A DNA stretch of 63,077 bases, counting the filler, from Hyphochytrium catenoides (taxonomy: Eukaryota > Protista > Hyphochytriomycota), in assembly GCA_900088475.1 (NCBI GenBank). It is 6 parts of 6 records of this genome, joined end to end, with 100 filler letters (N's around TTAATTAATTAA, not from the genome) between each part and the next. Parts side by side here need not be neighbours in the genome. Positions count along the whole stretch, not along the records: positions 1 to 29,723 come from FLMG01004468.1; positions 29,824 to 41,350 come from FLMG01003958.1; 4 more parts are not named here. One strand, 5' to 3'. The translations under genes and the position numbers were made by a program. How positions within the stretch are numbered: position 1 is the first letter of the stretch; each line of letters begins with the position of its first letter. The notes beneath the pieces were generated by a model. The model worked only from the letters and a program-made list of their open reading frames with translations, did no database searches and was not told the origin of the DNA. Positions 28,301 through 40,523 of this stretch are shown here, in pieces.

Positions 28301-29723
28301 GTTCATTGTCTTCAATCGCAACATTAGGGCAATCACGTCACCTTCTACCTGGAGGACCATCAGATAACCGACGATGCTATCTTGGAAGTGGTCAACAGTT
28401 GCCTCAGTTCAGGCGAAGTCCCTGGTCTCTTCTCTCATGAAGAGTTGGAGAGCGTCCTCGTTCCACTGAAAGAGCAATTTCTGGAGCAAGGAGGAGGAGG
28501 AGGGCAGCACAGGACCGTCTACGATTACTTTGTCCACAGGACTCAGAAGTATCTGCACTTTGTGGTACGTGTAGAGCGAAGAGTGACAATGACCCGGAAA
28601 GACAAGAAAGAAGGAGGGATGACGAACGGGTTCCATTCTAAATCACTGTCTCGTGTATCTCTTCTCTCCGCCGCACCTACAGCTGAGCATGGACCCAAGC
28701 AACAGGAAGTTTCTGCCCCGTTGCGAAAGTAACCCTGCGCTGTATACGCAATGCACCATAATTTGGATGGGTGAGTGGAGCAAGACATCGTTGCTTACGG
28801 TGCCTAAGCTCCTACTCAAGGTAAAGTGAGATATACCCGGGGGCCAGCTTGACGTCGTTATGGGTTGGTTTCTATCTTCACTCCTTCCTTTTGCCAGTCG
28901 CTGTTTTCCCTTTCGATCCACCCTCCTTGACGTGGAAGGGCATTGGATTCAAACATTGTTGCCTATCAACACTCTAACTCTTTCTTCAGGACTCGGAGCT
29001 CTTGTCGGATGAAAAGGAGAGCAAGATGCTTCTGGACTGTCTTTTCGCATTGTTCGAGAGCTGCCAGAGAGAAGGCGCCACGAGTGGGGAATTCATCTCT
29101 TTACTGCATTGCTGGCGGACACTGCATGAGCAGCAACACAAACAGCTCACTCAGGCTGTGCAGCACCTTAAGGGAGGACTCACAAAGCTTGAGGATGCTT
29201 CTGACACCGTTGCGGAGGTGAGCCATTGATCTTCCGCATTTGTGCTCTCCTTGGTCTTGCTTCACCTTTCTACCTCTCGTGTGCCCAAGACATCCCTTCC
29301 ATTTTCTGATCGTTTATGTGTTCGTCCGGATTTGCAGCTGAGCCGTAATGCGGAGATCCAGAAGAAGGAGCTCAGAAATGCACAAGAAGCTGCAGATGAG
29401 GCGATGGACCAAATCACAAAGGCTCTAGCGGAGGCCACGGATCGCCGCCACGAGGTATGAGATAGGATTACAGCTCACAGAAAGACAGGGTCTAAGAAGC
29501 AAAGAGAGGATTGAAGGCTCTTGGACGTTTATCACTGGCCCTCAACCGCTTTGCTCTTGTTTCGCAGCTCTTTGCAGCTCTCTTTTGCTAACCCTACCTC
29601 AATGACTGTCCACTTCGTCTTTCTCTACCTCATAACGCATTGGGTCTTCTGTAGGTGGAAGAGTTGCGCAAGAAGCTCGCCGTAGCTGAGAAGGAGACGT
29701 CCACACGTAAGGCGACCATTGAG
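19347..29723 (+). CDS. DYNC2H1: Cytoplasmic dynein-2 (IFT dynein) heavy chain, 3'-truncated by contig end within the stalk
   Basis: AAA1 GNPYGPAGTGKTESVKALG and CFDEFNRL, AAA2 GPSGSGKT, AAA3 GPQGSGKN, and dynein-2-type degenerate AAA4 GKRGVGRRT. N-terminus MAESARQLI..QFLDDP. One 7017-nt exon at 19944-26960. Confidence 0.93.
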
Positions 29724-29823
29724 NNNNNNNNNNNNNNNNNNNNNNNNNNNNNNNNNNNNNNNNNNNNTTAATTAATTAANNNNNNNNNNNNNNNNNNNNN
29801 NNNNNNNNNNNNNNNNNNNNNNN
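29724..29823. other. Artificial contig linker N44-TTAATTAATTAA-N44
   Basis: Exact 100-nt spacer with stops in all six frames, repeated identically five times in the window. Confidence 0.97.
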
Positions 29824-29824
29824 A

Positions 29825-30104
29825 GTCTACGACATCACCAAGTTCCTTGATGACCATCCCGGAGGACCAGAAGTCCTGCTGGATCTCGCGGGCAAGGATG
29901 CAGATGATGAGTTTGAGGTGCGAGACTCTCTCTCTCTCTCTCTCTCTCCCTTTCTCTCCCTCGTGTCTCTTAATAACTCTCTCACTCTCTCGATCTGTGT
30001 CTCTAGTCGACTGCCGTTTGTTCTCTTAGGACACTGAACCTTTCTCTCTAGCTGTAAAAGCTATACTCCGTCTCTCTCTCTCTTTCTCTCTCTCTTTCTT
30101 TTGC

Positions 30105-30135
<31 letters not shown>

Positions 30136-30688
30136 TAACGACGTTTTGCCTTAGGACATCGGTCACTCGATGGACGCCCGCAAGCAGCTGAAGGATTATG
30201 AGATCGGAAAGCTGAAGGAAGATCCCAATGTTAAGGCCAAGGCGGCAGCCAAGAAGGCTGAGGCACCGGTACGTCTCTCTCTCTCTCTCTCTCTCTTTCT
30301 TTCTTCTTGTCGCTCCCCCGTCCATGCTCTTTTCTCTTTCCTTGATGCCATTTCAGTTTATCTCTCGCTTCTCTTTTTCTCTTTACGTCTTTCTCAGCGT
30401 TTTTTCTCTCTTTCTCTTTCTCTTTTCTCTTCCTTCCATAGTTGACATACGTTCTTGCTTCGGTACGACGGGTTTCGCCTGTGTTTATCTTAACATCGGG
30501 CTTTCTCTCTCTCTCTCTCTCCCTCTCTCTCTCCTGGCCCCTTCTCTCTCTCTCTCACCATTTCTACTGTTGCGCATTAGGCTTCTGGCGCTTCGAGAGA
30601 CGCTTCTGGCACGCAAGCGCTCTTCGTCCTCGTCCCAGTTGTGGCGGCGCTGGCAGCTCTCTACTTCCGCTTCCACAAGGAGGCATAA
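29825..30688 (+). CDS. CYB5: Tail-anchored cytochrome b5, 5'-truncated, 3 exons visible
   Basis: [31 protein letters not shown]|[12 protein letters not shown] contains both heme-ligand His motifs (HPGG, GHS). C-terminal TM segment [17 protein letters not shown], then RFHKEA-TAA. Confidence 0.95.
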
Positions 30689-31065
30689 GCCATCTTCCTC
30701 TCTCTCTCTCCCCGTCTCTCTATTAGTCCTGACTTGGGGTAAGATAGGACAGAGAGTGACTTTCTCTCTCTCTCTCTCTCTCTCTCTTCTGTCTATAGCG
30801 TTAGCTTACTTCTTAGGATCTCCTAGTCGGTAGGTCTAATAAGAACACCTATTTTAACAAGGAAGCTAGGGAAGCTTCTAAGAGACAGAGTCTCTCTCTC
30901 TCTCTCTTTTCTCTCTCTTATATTCTTCTCGCATTATGACTACATCTGTGCAAATTAGCTCTCTCTCTCTCTCTATCTCTCTATCTTTTCTGCCATCTTT
31001 TTCAGTGGTTCAGTGGGGTTGGTCAAGTAACTCTATCTCAAGGGCTCTGGCTGAACCTCTCTCTT

Positions 31066-31097
<32 letters not shown>

Positions 31098-31499
31098 TCT
31101 CCCTCTCTCTCGCTTTGCTCCACTTCCTTTCCAGTAGTCCAGTGATAGTCGTGTCCTTTACGGTGGCACGCTCTCTCTTTGTCTCTATCGCTCTCCCGTC
31201 TATCGGCTCTTGGTTCTTCAAAGACTTTCTCTCTCTCTCTCTTTCTCTCTCGCTCTCTTCTCCTTTTGACCTTTCCAAGCCCAAGTCTCTCCCTCTCGTG
31301 CACCGAAGCCATGAGAGATCACTAATCCATTATAGAAGAATATTATAAGAGAGAGAAAGGAAGAGAGAGAGAGTGTGAGAGAGAGAGACAAGAGGCGCAT
31401 GACAAAGAAAGAGATGATGGGAAAGATTGGGAGGCCAAGCCTTCGTCTGGTTCGGCCGCGGCGACTGGCACAGACCGCAAGGCTGAAGAGAGAGAACGT

Positions 31500-31870
31500 T
31501 AAAGATAAGGAAGAGAGAGAGGACACACATAGAACTACAAAAGCAGTGAGAGAGAGAGTCACAGAGAGAGAGAGAGAGAGAGAGAGNNNNNNNNNNNNNN
31601 NNNNNNNNNNNNNGAAGAGAGAGAGAGAGAGAGAGAGAGACAATAGACAGGTTATGAGAGACATCAGACCGTGAGCTCAGTTTCAGAGATTAGGACAGAG
31701 TTTCGTTGAGTGCGACTGTGGAAGGACCCAGAAACGGTCAATAATGAGTGAGAGAGAGAGAGACAAAGAGAGAAAACGAGAGACGCGACAAAGAGAGAGA
31801 GAGAGAGAGAAAACGAGAGACGCAACAAAGACAGAGAGACAGAGAGAGAGACAGAGAGAGACGCACACAA

Positions 31871-31914
<44 letters not shown>

Positions 31915-32109
31915 CGAGACAAGCAACAAAGAGAGAGAGACAGAGAGAGAGACAGAGAGAGACGCACACAGAGAGAGAGAGAGACAGAGAGACAGAGAGA
32001 GAGAGACAGAGAGAGGCGAGAGAGAGACAGAGAGAGACGCACACAGAGAGAGAGAGAGAGAGACAGAGAGAGACAGAGAGAGGAGAGAGAGACAGAGAGA
32101 GACGCACAC

Positions 32110-32151
<42 letters not shown>

Positions 32152-32190
32152 CGAGAGAGAGAGGGCGAGAGAGAGACAGACAGACAGAAA
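31500..32190. repeat. Compound (AG)n microsatellite tract with recurrent GAGAGACGCACACA / GAGACAGAGA sub-units
   Basis: Directly visible and includes an N gap at 31587-31613. It is representative of many similar tracts in contigs 2-5. Confidence 0.9.
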
Positions 32191-32729
32191 GACCTTCAGC
32201 GAGATCTAGGGGTAGCCTCGGCACCCCATACACGGGAGGACCTACTGCTCTAATATTTTTATAAGGAAGAGAGACACTTACCTCTGTTACCCAAGAAAAT
32301 AGCCATACTCCGGTAAGAAGCTATTCAAGGAGCGTATATGTTCCCATGATACAAAGAAAGGGAATCGGAGTTTGGGATGGGGAGGACCTTTCCTGGGAGA
32401 GGTGAAAGGCCGCACCCTGTTACTGTGCTTGTTTGACCTTTGGTGGCAACTGGGGAGGGCTGTGGCATCTCTACTAACTCTCNNNNNNNNNNNNNNNNNN
32501 NNNNNNNNNNNNNNNNNNNNNNNNNNNNNNNNNNNNNNCTCTCTCTCTCTCTCTCTTTCTCTCTCTTCTGTGTCCCTCAATCTCAAACTCTCTTTATTGC
32601 AGCTTCAAGGGACTGTGAGTTTCCGCGCAAGCTCACTCACTTTCTCCTTCTACTTCTTCTTCTTCTAGGTCTCTTCATCGCTTTTCCGCTTCTGGAAGGC
32701 GCGAGCATTGCTCTCTACTTACTTCGAAG

Positions 32730-32775
<46 letters not shown>

Positions 32776-33423
32776 CTCTCTCTCTTTTCTTTTTTCTCTC
32801 CCTCCCACGGCCTTCACTTTGACCCTGAAACCTCTCAGGTTTGGCGCCAGTTTAAACCCTGAAGCTGCGAGCCACCTCGAGCTTTCTCTCTCACAGTCGA
32901 CCTGTGTGTCTCTCTCTTTTCATCTTTCTCTCTCTCATAATCAACCGCCTCCCTCGCTAGTAAGAGAGAGAGAGCTTTCAAGAGAAGGACACGACCCAAG
33001 AAAAGAGGACTGAGAAGACTATGGCCATACAGAGCAATCAGAGGGCACTCTGGAGTTCTTAACCACTGCCATCTCTCTCTCTCTCAACCAAGGCAAATTA
33101 TAGAGAAAGACCCTGTCGTCTCTCTCTTTCATTCCGAGCACAGGAGAAAGAAAAAGACGCTCTTCTACTCTCTCTCTCTCATTCTAGGCAAAGAAGGAGA
33201 GAAAGACTCTGTCTCTTTCCGATCTAGGCACTGAAAGGAGAGAAAGGCCCTCTCTCTCTCTTTCTTTCTTAACTGAGGCAGAGAAAAGGAGAGAGTCTCT
33301 GCCAGAAAAGAGAGAAACTCTCTCGCTCTCTCTCGCTCTGTACCCTTCTCTCTCTCTCTCTCTGCACAGCCAAGAGAGGCGAGGAAAGAAAGAAAGAAAG
33401 AAAGGAAAGGACGAGACGACACC

Positions 33424-33687
33424 ATGGGAAGCTCTGTCTCTTGCTGTCAGAAGGCCAGCCGAGGAGAGAAAGGTCTCTCTCCTGAGGACTTAGAGTTCGA
33501 GAGAGACGCCTGGAAGAAATATTCTTCCGCCTATTTTATTAGGAACAAGATGATGAAGAGTCCCCAGTCCACGGGGTACTCACCTCCTGCCTTTGTTCCT
33601 AGCACCGGTAGCCCCACCGACTCGGGGACGGAGGACATCACCTTCACCAACAGTGACTCCGATGAGGAAGGAGTCAAGATGATCTGA
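33424..33687 (+). CDS. Hypothetical 87-aa single-exon protein with N-myristoylation/palmitoylation motif
   Basis: ACCATGG start context and MGSSVSCC N-terminus. It is a high-complexity island exactly matching the ORF within an AG-microsatellite background. Confidence 0.6.
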   Translation: MGSSVSCCQKASRGEKGLSPEDLEFERDAWKKYSSAYFIRNKMMKSPQSTGYSPPAFVPSTGSPTDSGTEDITFTNSDSDEEGVKMI

Positions 33688-33699
33688 TAGGAGAAAGAG

Positions 33700-33733
<34 letters not shown>

Positions 33734-34667
33734 CAGCGAGAGAGCACACACAGGAACCGCGAACTGAAGATTGTTTCACCCTCAGTCTTTCTCTCTCTCT
33801 CTCTCTCTCTCTGTAGCGTTTCTCCCTGTCGCCCCTTGCCAGAACAAGGATCTCCTCTTAACCTTCATCTCTCTCTCCTTCAGTCATTTATTTGTGACTT
33901 TCTCTTTCTCTCTCTCTCTCTCTCTCTGTATTCAGATATTCGTCTTGAAGAGGGAGCCCACTAGTTATCTAAGCCTAACCTATATAATGTATCAGCCGAC
34001 CCCCTACATTTCAGGAGAGAGAATGCCTTGTAAAGTGCTTATAGAAGAGAAGGATGGGAGACCAGAGAGAGAAAAGACTGACTAATGCTCGCTGTATTAC
34101 CTAACAAAAACTCTTTCAAAACGCGTAGAAGAGTTGACGCGCAAAAGTAAGAGAGGAAGAGAAAGAGAGAGAGAGAGTAAAAGAGAGAGAGAAAGTGAGA
34201 GTGAGAGAGTGTGTGAGAGAGAGAGAGACGATCCTGATCTGAAAGAGAAAATAAGAAAGTCACGGGGGGAAAAGTGACCAAAGGAGGAGGATGAACAGCT
34301 GCAAGATTCTATGTGAGGGGAAGAGAGAGAAACACCAAGAATCCTCTAAGTTTGGGAGAGAAAGACAGAAGAAGAGGGTGGGAGTTGGGAGAAAGAGAGA
34401 CAGGAGAGAAAGAGAGAGCACACGAACTCATGCCGTCATAACGTTATATTAGGCAGAAGGCTTAGCCTTTTGTTTACTGAAGAAAGTATGCACACCGATG
34501 ACTGCACAGAGCCGGTCCTCTGAGCCGCCCAACCTCATAGATACAGCGTAATAATCAAGATACGGACCAAATACAAAGAGAGAGGAAAGAAGAGAGAACA
34601 TGAGAGAGAAAGAGAGAGAGGAGAGAGAAAGGAAAGAGAGGAGACAGGGTGATGTTTTGTCTGTCTC

Positions 34668-35188
34668 CTATAGCCTGGGCCGGTAAATCTGTCGTACCAC
34701 CTCGAGGATGGTGTCTCTTCTGTGGTCAGCCATCTCAGGATGGAAGAGGATCTCGGTGATGAAGAACTCTGCCACACGAATGGCAGTCGGAGCGGCCTTG
34801 CTTAGCTCCAACTAGAGAGAGAGAGAGAGAGAGACACACAGAATGAGAGAGAGAGAGAAACCGGCGTCAAATGAGAGAAGCATAACATCCTTAAAAAAGA
34901 ACCAAGAGCAGGAGAGCATGGAGGACACAGTGGGCAATAGCGCGGGAACAAAGATTAAGCTGGACTAAACGAAATACAGAGGAAGAGAGAGAGAGAGAGA
35001 GAGCCCGACAAAGGGCCCGAGAGAGAGAGCAAGAGAAAGACCAAGCAAGAGAGAGAGAGAGAAGAAAACAGCAAGAAAGGAAGAAAACGAAAGGGCTATA
35101 ATTTCCGCACCAGCAGATTCGTAGATGGTCAACTAGAAAAGAGCAAACGACAAAAGAAGGAGACAGCCAAAAAAAGAGAGATGAAAGG

Positions 35189-35220
<32 letters not shown>

Positions 35221-36080
35221 AAGAAGAGATGCATACCCTGAGCTCCCAACAGAAGTCAAAGTGGTTCTCGGGCTCTTCAGCCGGTCCCCACGACATTTCT
35301 CTCTTTCTGTGCGTGATCTCCACCTTGTCCTGAGGCCCTACCCGCACATCGATGCTCCACTCTCCTCTGCGGTCTTTGTATTGGAAGCCACGGCCAACAG
35401 CTAGCTTCAGCCTCATCGCCGCAGGAGCAAGGGCAGCCTGGGAAGAGAGAGAGAGAGAAGAAGGGAAAGAGAGAGAGAGAGGAGCACAAGAGAGAGAGAG
35501 AGAGAGAGATTGAGGTCACAACACCATTTAAAAGAATCTGCGCGAAAGACTGCACCAGCACAAGAAAGGATCCAACCACGGGAAGAAAAAACGAGAGAAA
35601 GAGAGAGAGAGAGGCAGAGAGAGCGAGAAGAAAGGAGAGAGAAAGAAGACGATGCGTTGCTCGAACCATACTATACGAGAGGTCTTGGAAGATAATCACA
35701 CTTGTAAATGCTTCTGGTATGTGCGATTCTCTCTCTTTCTCTCCAACACCACGCTTTCAGACTTTCTCTCGCCCAAAAGCCTCTCTCTCTCTCTCTCCCT
35801 CTCTCTCTTGCTTTCTCTCTTTCCTGACCTGGTTCATGAGCTTCAGAATCGACACCACTCTGCTTTCCTCTCCCAGCTCCGTCTCCAACATGTTGGCAAG
35901 CCGCTGGCCCAGGTCTGGGGAGTTGGAATCGGGGACGTAAGAGTGGAAACAATCTTTTATAATCGCAGCCTCGTTCTGCGCGCCAAGCTGGTTCGCTAAG
36001 CCTAACATTACTTTGTACACGTTCTGGGCTGCGTCTCCTGTCTTGGCGTCCGACTGGAAAGAAGAGAGGGAAAGAAAGAC

Positions 36081-36127
<47 letters not shown>

Positions 36128-36755
36128 TAAAAAAGAAAGTTGAGAAACAGAGAGGAGTGCGGGCGAGAGAGAGAGAGAGACAGATGAAGGGAGAGACAAA
36201 GAGAGAAAGAGGGAGATAAAAAAGAAGGTTACAGAGAGAGAGAGAACCGAAATAAAAAAAAAGAAGCTAGGAAGAGAGAGACCGAGAGAGACGAAGAGGA
36301 AAGGAAAGAGCGAGAAGAGAACGAAACCAGATGGTCGGAGGGGTCCACCAAAGAGAAACAAAGAAAAGACGAGACAGAGAGAAAAGAGAGAGAGGGAGAG
36401 GGAGAGAGAAAGAGAGGGAGAGGGAGAGAAAGAGAGAGAGAGGGAGAAAGGGAGACGAAGAGAGAGAGACCGATAGACAGGCAGAAGCGAGAGAGAGAGA
36501 GAGTATCCTCACATCATCCTGGATATCGATCATGACCGGCTGATCCAGTGGCGGGAACTGGAATCCTTCCACGACGGCGATGCCTCTCTCTGTATAGATC
36601 GATGTCTTCCCTGCCAGGCGGGGTAAATCTATGGCGATCGGGACCTTAGAGAGAGGCTTCTCCAACACTTTTCTCTCGTCATTGAGCAGCGCCTCCAGTG
36701 ACAGATCCAACCCTGTTAACCCCTCAGGGATAGCATTCTACCGCGGCCCAACCGC

Positions 36756-36795
<40 letters not shown>

Positions 36796-37199
36796 AGGAG
36801 TCAGAGAGAAGAGAACATCAATAACTTTGCATGTTTTGCATGTTTTTCCTGAGAAAAGAGAGCAAAGAAAAAGAAAACGCCGTCTCCCGACGCGGGCCAG
36901 GGTAAGAAGATGGAGAAAGAGAGCAGAAGACAAGAGGGAATCAAAGAGAGAGCGAGAGAGAGAAAAAGGGAGAGCGAGAGAGAGAGAGAGAGAGGGAGCC
37001 GGACAGAGAGGTCTAGCGGCAGAACACGAACCAAACAACAGTGCCTTGCTTTTCTCTCTCTCACCTTGAACTTGAGAGGAAGCCTCAGGTCCGCTGACGC
37101 CTGGTTCCTCTGTCTCATACAATAGTAAAGCGTCCACGCCAGCACCGCCACAAAGGTTAAAGCCAAGACGATGGCGACCAAGAGACTGAGAGTCTGCAT
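34668..37199 (-). CDS. 309-aa N-terminally membrane-anchored protein resembling the GlfB-like C-terminal domain family; exons 37199-37065, 36737-36513, 36053-35829, 35437-35237, 34811-34668
   Basis: Five exons join in frame through four phase-0 GT-AG introns. N-terminal TM segment LLVAIVLALTFVAVLAWTLYY. Motifs KPLSKVPIAIDLPRL, ILKLMNQAALAPA, YKDRRGEWSIDV, HRKREMS and FDFCWEL. The gene model is firm; the family assignment is from recall. Confidence 0.75.
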
Positions 37200-37571
37200 C
37201 TTTCCTCTTTCTCTCTCTCTCTCTCTCTCTCTTCAGATAAAGTGCTGTTCTTCCCAAGGAATGACGGAAAGAAGAGAAAGGGAAGAGAGAGATAAGAACC
37301 TCGGATGTCTTCCTGTTCTCGATGACAGAGTTCCTTAGACTAACGCCTGAGGCTCAAAGATGCAGATCATCTGCAGAGGAAAGAGGAGAGAAAAGACAGC
37401 GCTGGAAAGAGAGAGACTTCAAAAAAGGAAGAATGACGGAGAAAGAGACAACAGACAGAAGGATGAAAGAAGAAAGAGACAAGGTCCCGCAAGCTCGATG
37501 ATTGTCCACTGCCAGTCCAAGGTCACCCACACCGCTGACAAAGTTGAGCAGGCAAGACTGAAAGAGATCAC

Positions 37572-37616
<45 letters not shown>

Positions 37617-37777
37617 TCTCTCTCTGCGCACTAGAGACTCATAATCAGCGAACAAAGCAGATGACCCAGCCCTCGCGCTAGAAACAAGACAGAGCCAAAG
37701 AGAGAGAAGTGGGAAGGGCTGCTCCCATGACCAAAGAGCATTGTTGAGAGAAGTGAGAGCAAGAGAGAAGAGACACA

Positions 37778-37815
<38 letters not shown>

Positions 37816-38903
37816 CCGCCAAAACAGCAGAGGTAGCAACAGAGCCAGGAAAACATGCAGACAGAGAACAAGAAAAGAGAAAGAGAGAGAGAGAAAGAGA
37901 GAAAGAGAGAAATAAAGAGGGAGAGACCTAGAGAGACCTAGAGAGAGAGAACAAGAGAGAAAGAGAGAAAAGCAGAGAGAGAGAAAAACAGAGAGAGAAA
38001 GAAAAAAAGAGATAGATAGAGAGAGAGAGAGAGAGAAAGAGAGAACGAGAGAAAGAGAGAGAGGGAGAAACAGAGAGAGAGAAACAGAGAGAGAGAACTT
38101 CCATCAGGGTTGCAGGCAGAGCACAACGCTTCAAGGAAGGACGGGAGGGGAGGGAGGAAGGGCCAGCGGAGGTGGGACGATGAGGTCGAAAGGGTCGACC
38201 CTTCCTCTCCTTCCTTGGCACTTTTTGGACCACTTTGACGTTCTTGACAACACGTCAGACCCACATTCTGTCAAATAAGCCTATACTTGACAGAGACTGA
38301 TCCTCTTATGAGCTTATGAGCTTATAAAACATGCGTAATAGGGCCTAAGATGTAAATTCACTTTTGAACACGCCACTATAATTCACATTTTACAACGATC
38401 AAATGTCAAAGGTCTGTGAAATATCATGTGGATCGTCCCACCAGGACCCCTTTCTCAGATCTTTTCCAGTAATCCCCCTGGCTCAGACCTGATCCCGTGA
38501 AGTTCCTGGATCGAGATAGACTTATGGGGAAGAAGCTCTACGGTTATCCAGAAGAAAGAGAAGGTTAAATCCCTACAAAGAGAGTGGAGATTTAGAATGG
38601 GAAGGATGGGCGTGGTGACAAAAAGGCGGGTAGGCCTATGTTTTTACAGTTTGACAAAGAATGATACGATTTCGTATTAGTAATTTGTTGAGATTTCTGT
38701 GTTTCAGCTGTTCCTCTTCATGAACGCTTGTGAGTCTGAAGCTGCGTTGCGTTTGATGAGATACAAAGGGGCTTAAACATGGCATAAGGCAAGCCAGAAG
38801 TGATAGTGTGTTTGAGGGAAAGCTTGTGCCTGGGGGATAGCTTCTTGGAGTTGGTTGATGTTTTGGATCTTTTGGCGGAGGGGGAGAGAGGGAGAGAGCG
38901 GGG

Positions 38904-38942
<39 letters not shown>

Positions 38943-39000
38943 GGAAAGAGAGAGAGAGAGAGAGAGAAAGAGCGAGAAAGAGAGAGAAAGAGAGAGAAAG

Positions 39001-39080
39001 AGAGAGAAAGAGTCAGAGGGAGAGAGAGAAGAAGAAAAAGAGAGAGAAAGAGTCAGAGGGAGAGAGAGAAGAAGAAAAAG
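39001..39080. repeat. Two tandem copies of a 40-bp purine-rich unit
   Basis: AGAGAGAAAGAGTCAGAGGGAGAGAGAGAAGAAGAAAAAG occurs twice in tandem. Confidence 0.8.
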
Positions 39081-39489
39081 AGAGAGGAAGTGAAAGACAG
39101 ACAGAGAGAGGAAAAAAGAGAAGAAGAGAAAGAGAGAGAGGATAGAGCGAGAGAGAGAACAAGAGAGAAAAAGAGAGACAGAGAGGGACACAGAGAGACA
39201 GAAAGAGAGAGAGAGAGAAAAAGGAGAGAGAGATGGAGAGAAATTATGATGGCTGGTTGGTACCTCAAGAATGAAGACCAGTGAGTGAGCACAAATAGTG
39301 CAGTAGCAGTTTCTGATCTTTGACAGGCGCAAAATCTTCCGCAACTCTTTCAGCAAAAGCTCCACGGATCTTTGGCAGCTCAACAACAAGCACAGCAGAC
39401 ACGTAACGAAGGCACAGAAAGTGAGAGAGACAGAGAGGGAAAGACATAAGAGAGAGAGAGAAGAGAGAGAGAGAGAGAAAGAGAGAGAA

Positions 39490-40487
39490 ATGGCGGATTT
39501 ACGTAAGGACACGTCAACTCTCTGCAACTCAGAGGATGCAGTCGTCAGGCATCTGAAGCTCGACCTTGACGTTGACTTCAAGGCTAAAGTGCTCTCTGGC
39601 ACTGCAGAGTGGGACTGCGAGGTAAGCCTGTCTTTGAGGGGAGAGAGAGAGAGAAAGAGAGAGAGAGAGTCTTCTTCCTACAGCTGACTCTCTTCTCGTC
39701 ATAGGTTTTAATTGATGGCACTCAGAAGATCGTCTTCGACACCCTGGCCTTGGACATCGCCAACATTAAAGTGAATGGTAAGATTTCCCACTCTTCTTTC
39801 CATCATACCTCTTCCCTCTCTATTTGCAGCTGAGCTTCTCTCTCCCCCTCTCTCTCTGTCTTTCTCTCTGTCTTTCTATGGGTTCAGCTGCTAAGTTACT
39901 CTTTCTTAACTCGATCTCGTCTTTATGTTGAGATCCTTTTATCTATCAATTTTGACTTTTTCTCACGTCTCTGTTCTCTTCTCTCCCCCTTCTCTCTATC
40001 GCCCTCTTTCTCTCGCTTTTTCTGTCTTCACTCGTTACTCTCTTTCCCTTGTTTGTTCGCTCTCTCTCCCTCTGCTCTTCGCCCTCACTTCCTCCGCTCT
40101 TCTCTCTTTCTCTCTCTCACCCTGGTCTGCCCCTGTCTCTCCGCTCTTCTCTCTCTCTCTCTCCTCTCTCTCTCCCTCTCCTTCTCTCTCCTTCTCTCTC
40201 TCTCTCTCTCTCTCTCTCTTTTCTTTGTTACGGTTCGCAGAGGAAAACGCCACGTGGAACTATGGACAAAAGAGTCCTCTTCTCGGCACACCGCTCGAAG
40301 TCTCTCTCCCTCTCTCTCTCCAAAGCAAAGGCAGCCGCTTCTCTCTCAAGATTCAGTACAAGACCTCGAAGGATACATCGGCAGCGCAGTGGCTGGAGAA
40401 GGAGCAGACGGCAGAGAAGAAGTATCCTTATCTCTTCACCCAGTGCCAAGCTATACATTGCAGATCCTTGGGTAAGGCTTCTCTTTT

Positions 40488-40523
<36 letters not shown>

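Noticed and set aside
8001-29723. Ciliary gene cluster (CFAP69 and dynein-2)
   Set aside because: Three unrelated genes intervene and ciliary genes are numerous, so proximity is unremarkable.
29768-29779. TTAATTAATTAA palindrome as a biological motif
   Set aside because: Always centred in 44+44 Ns; it is an assembly spacer.
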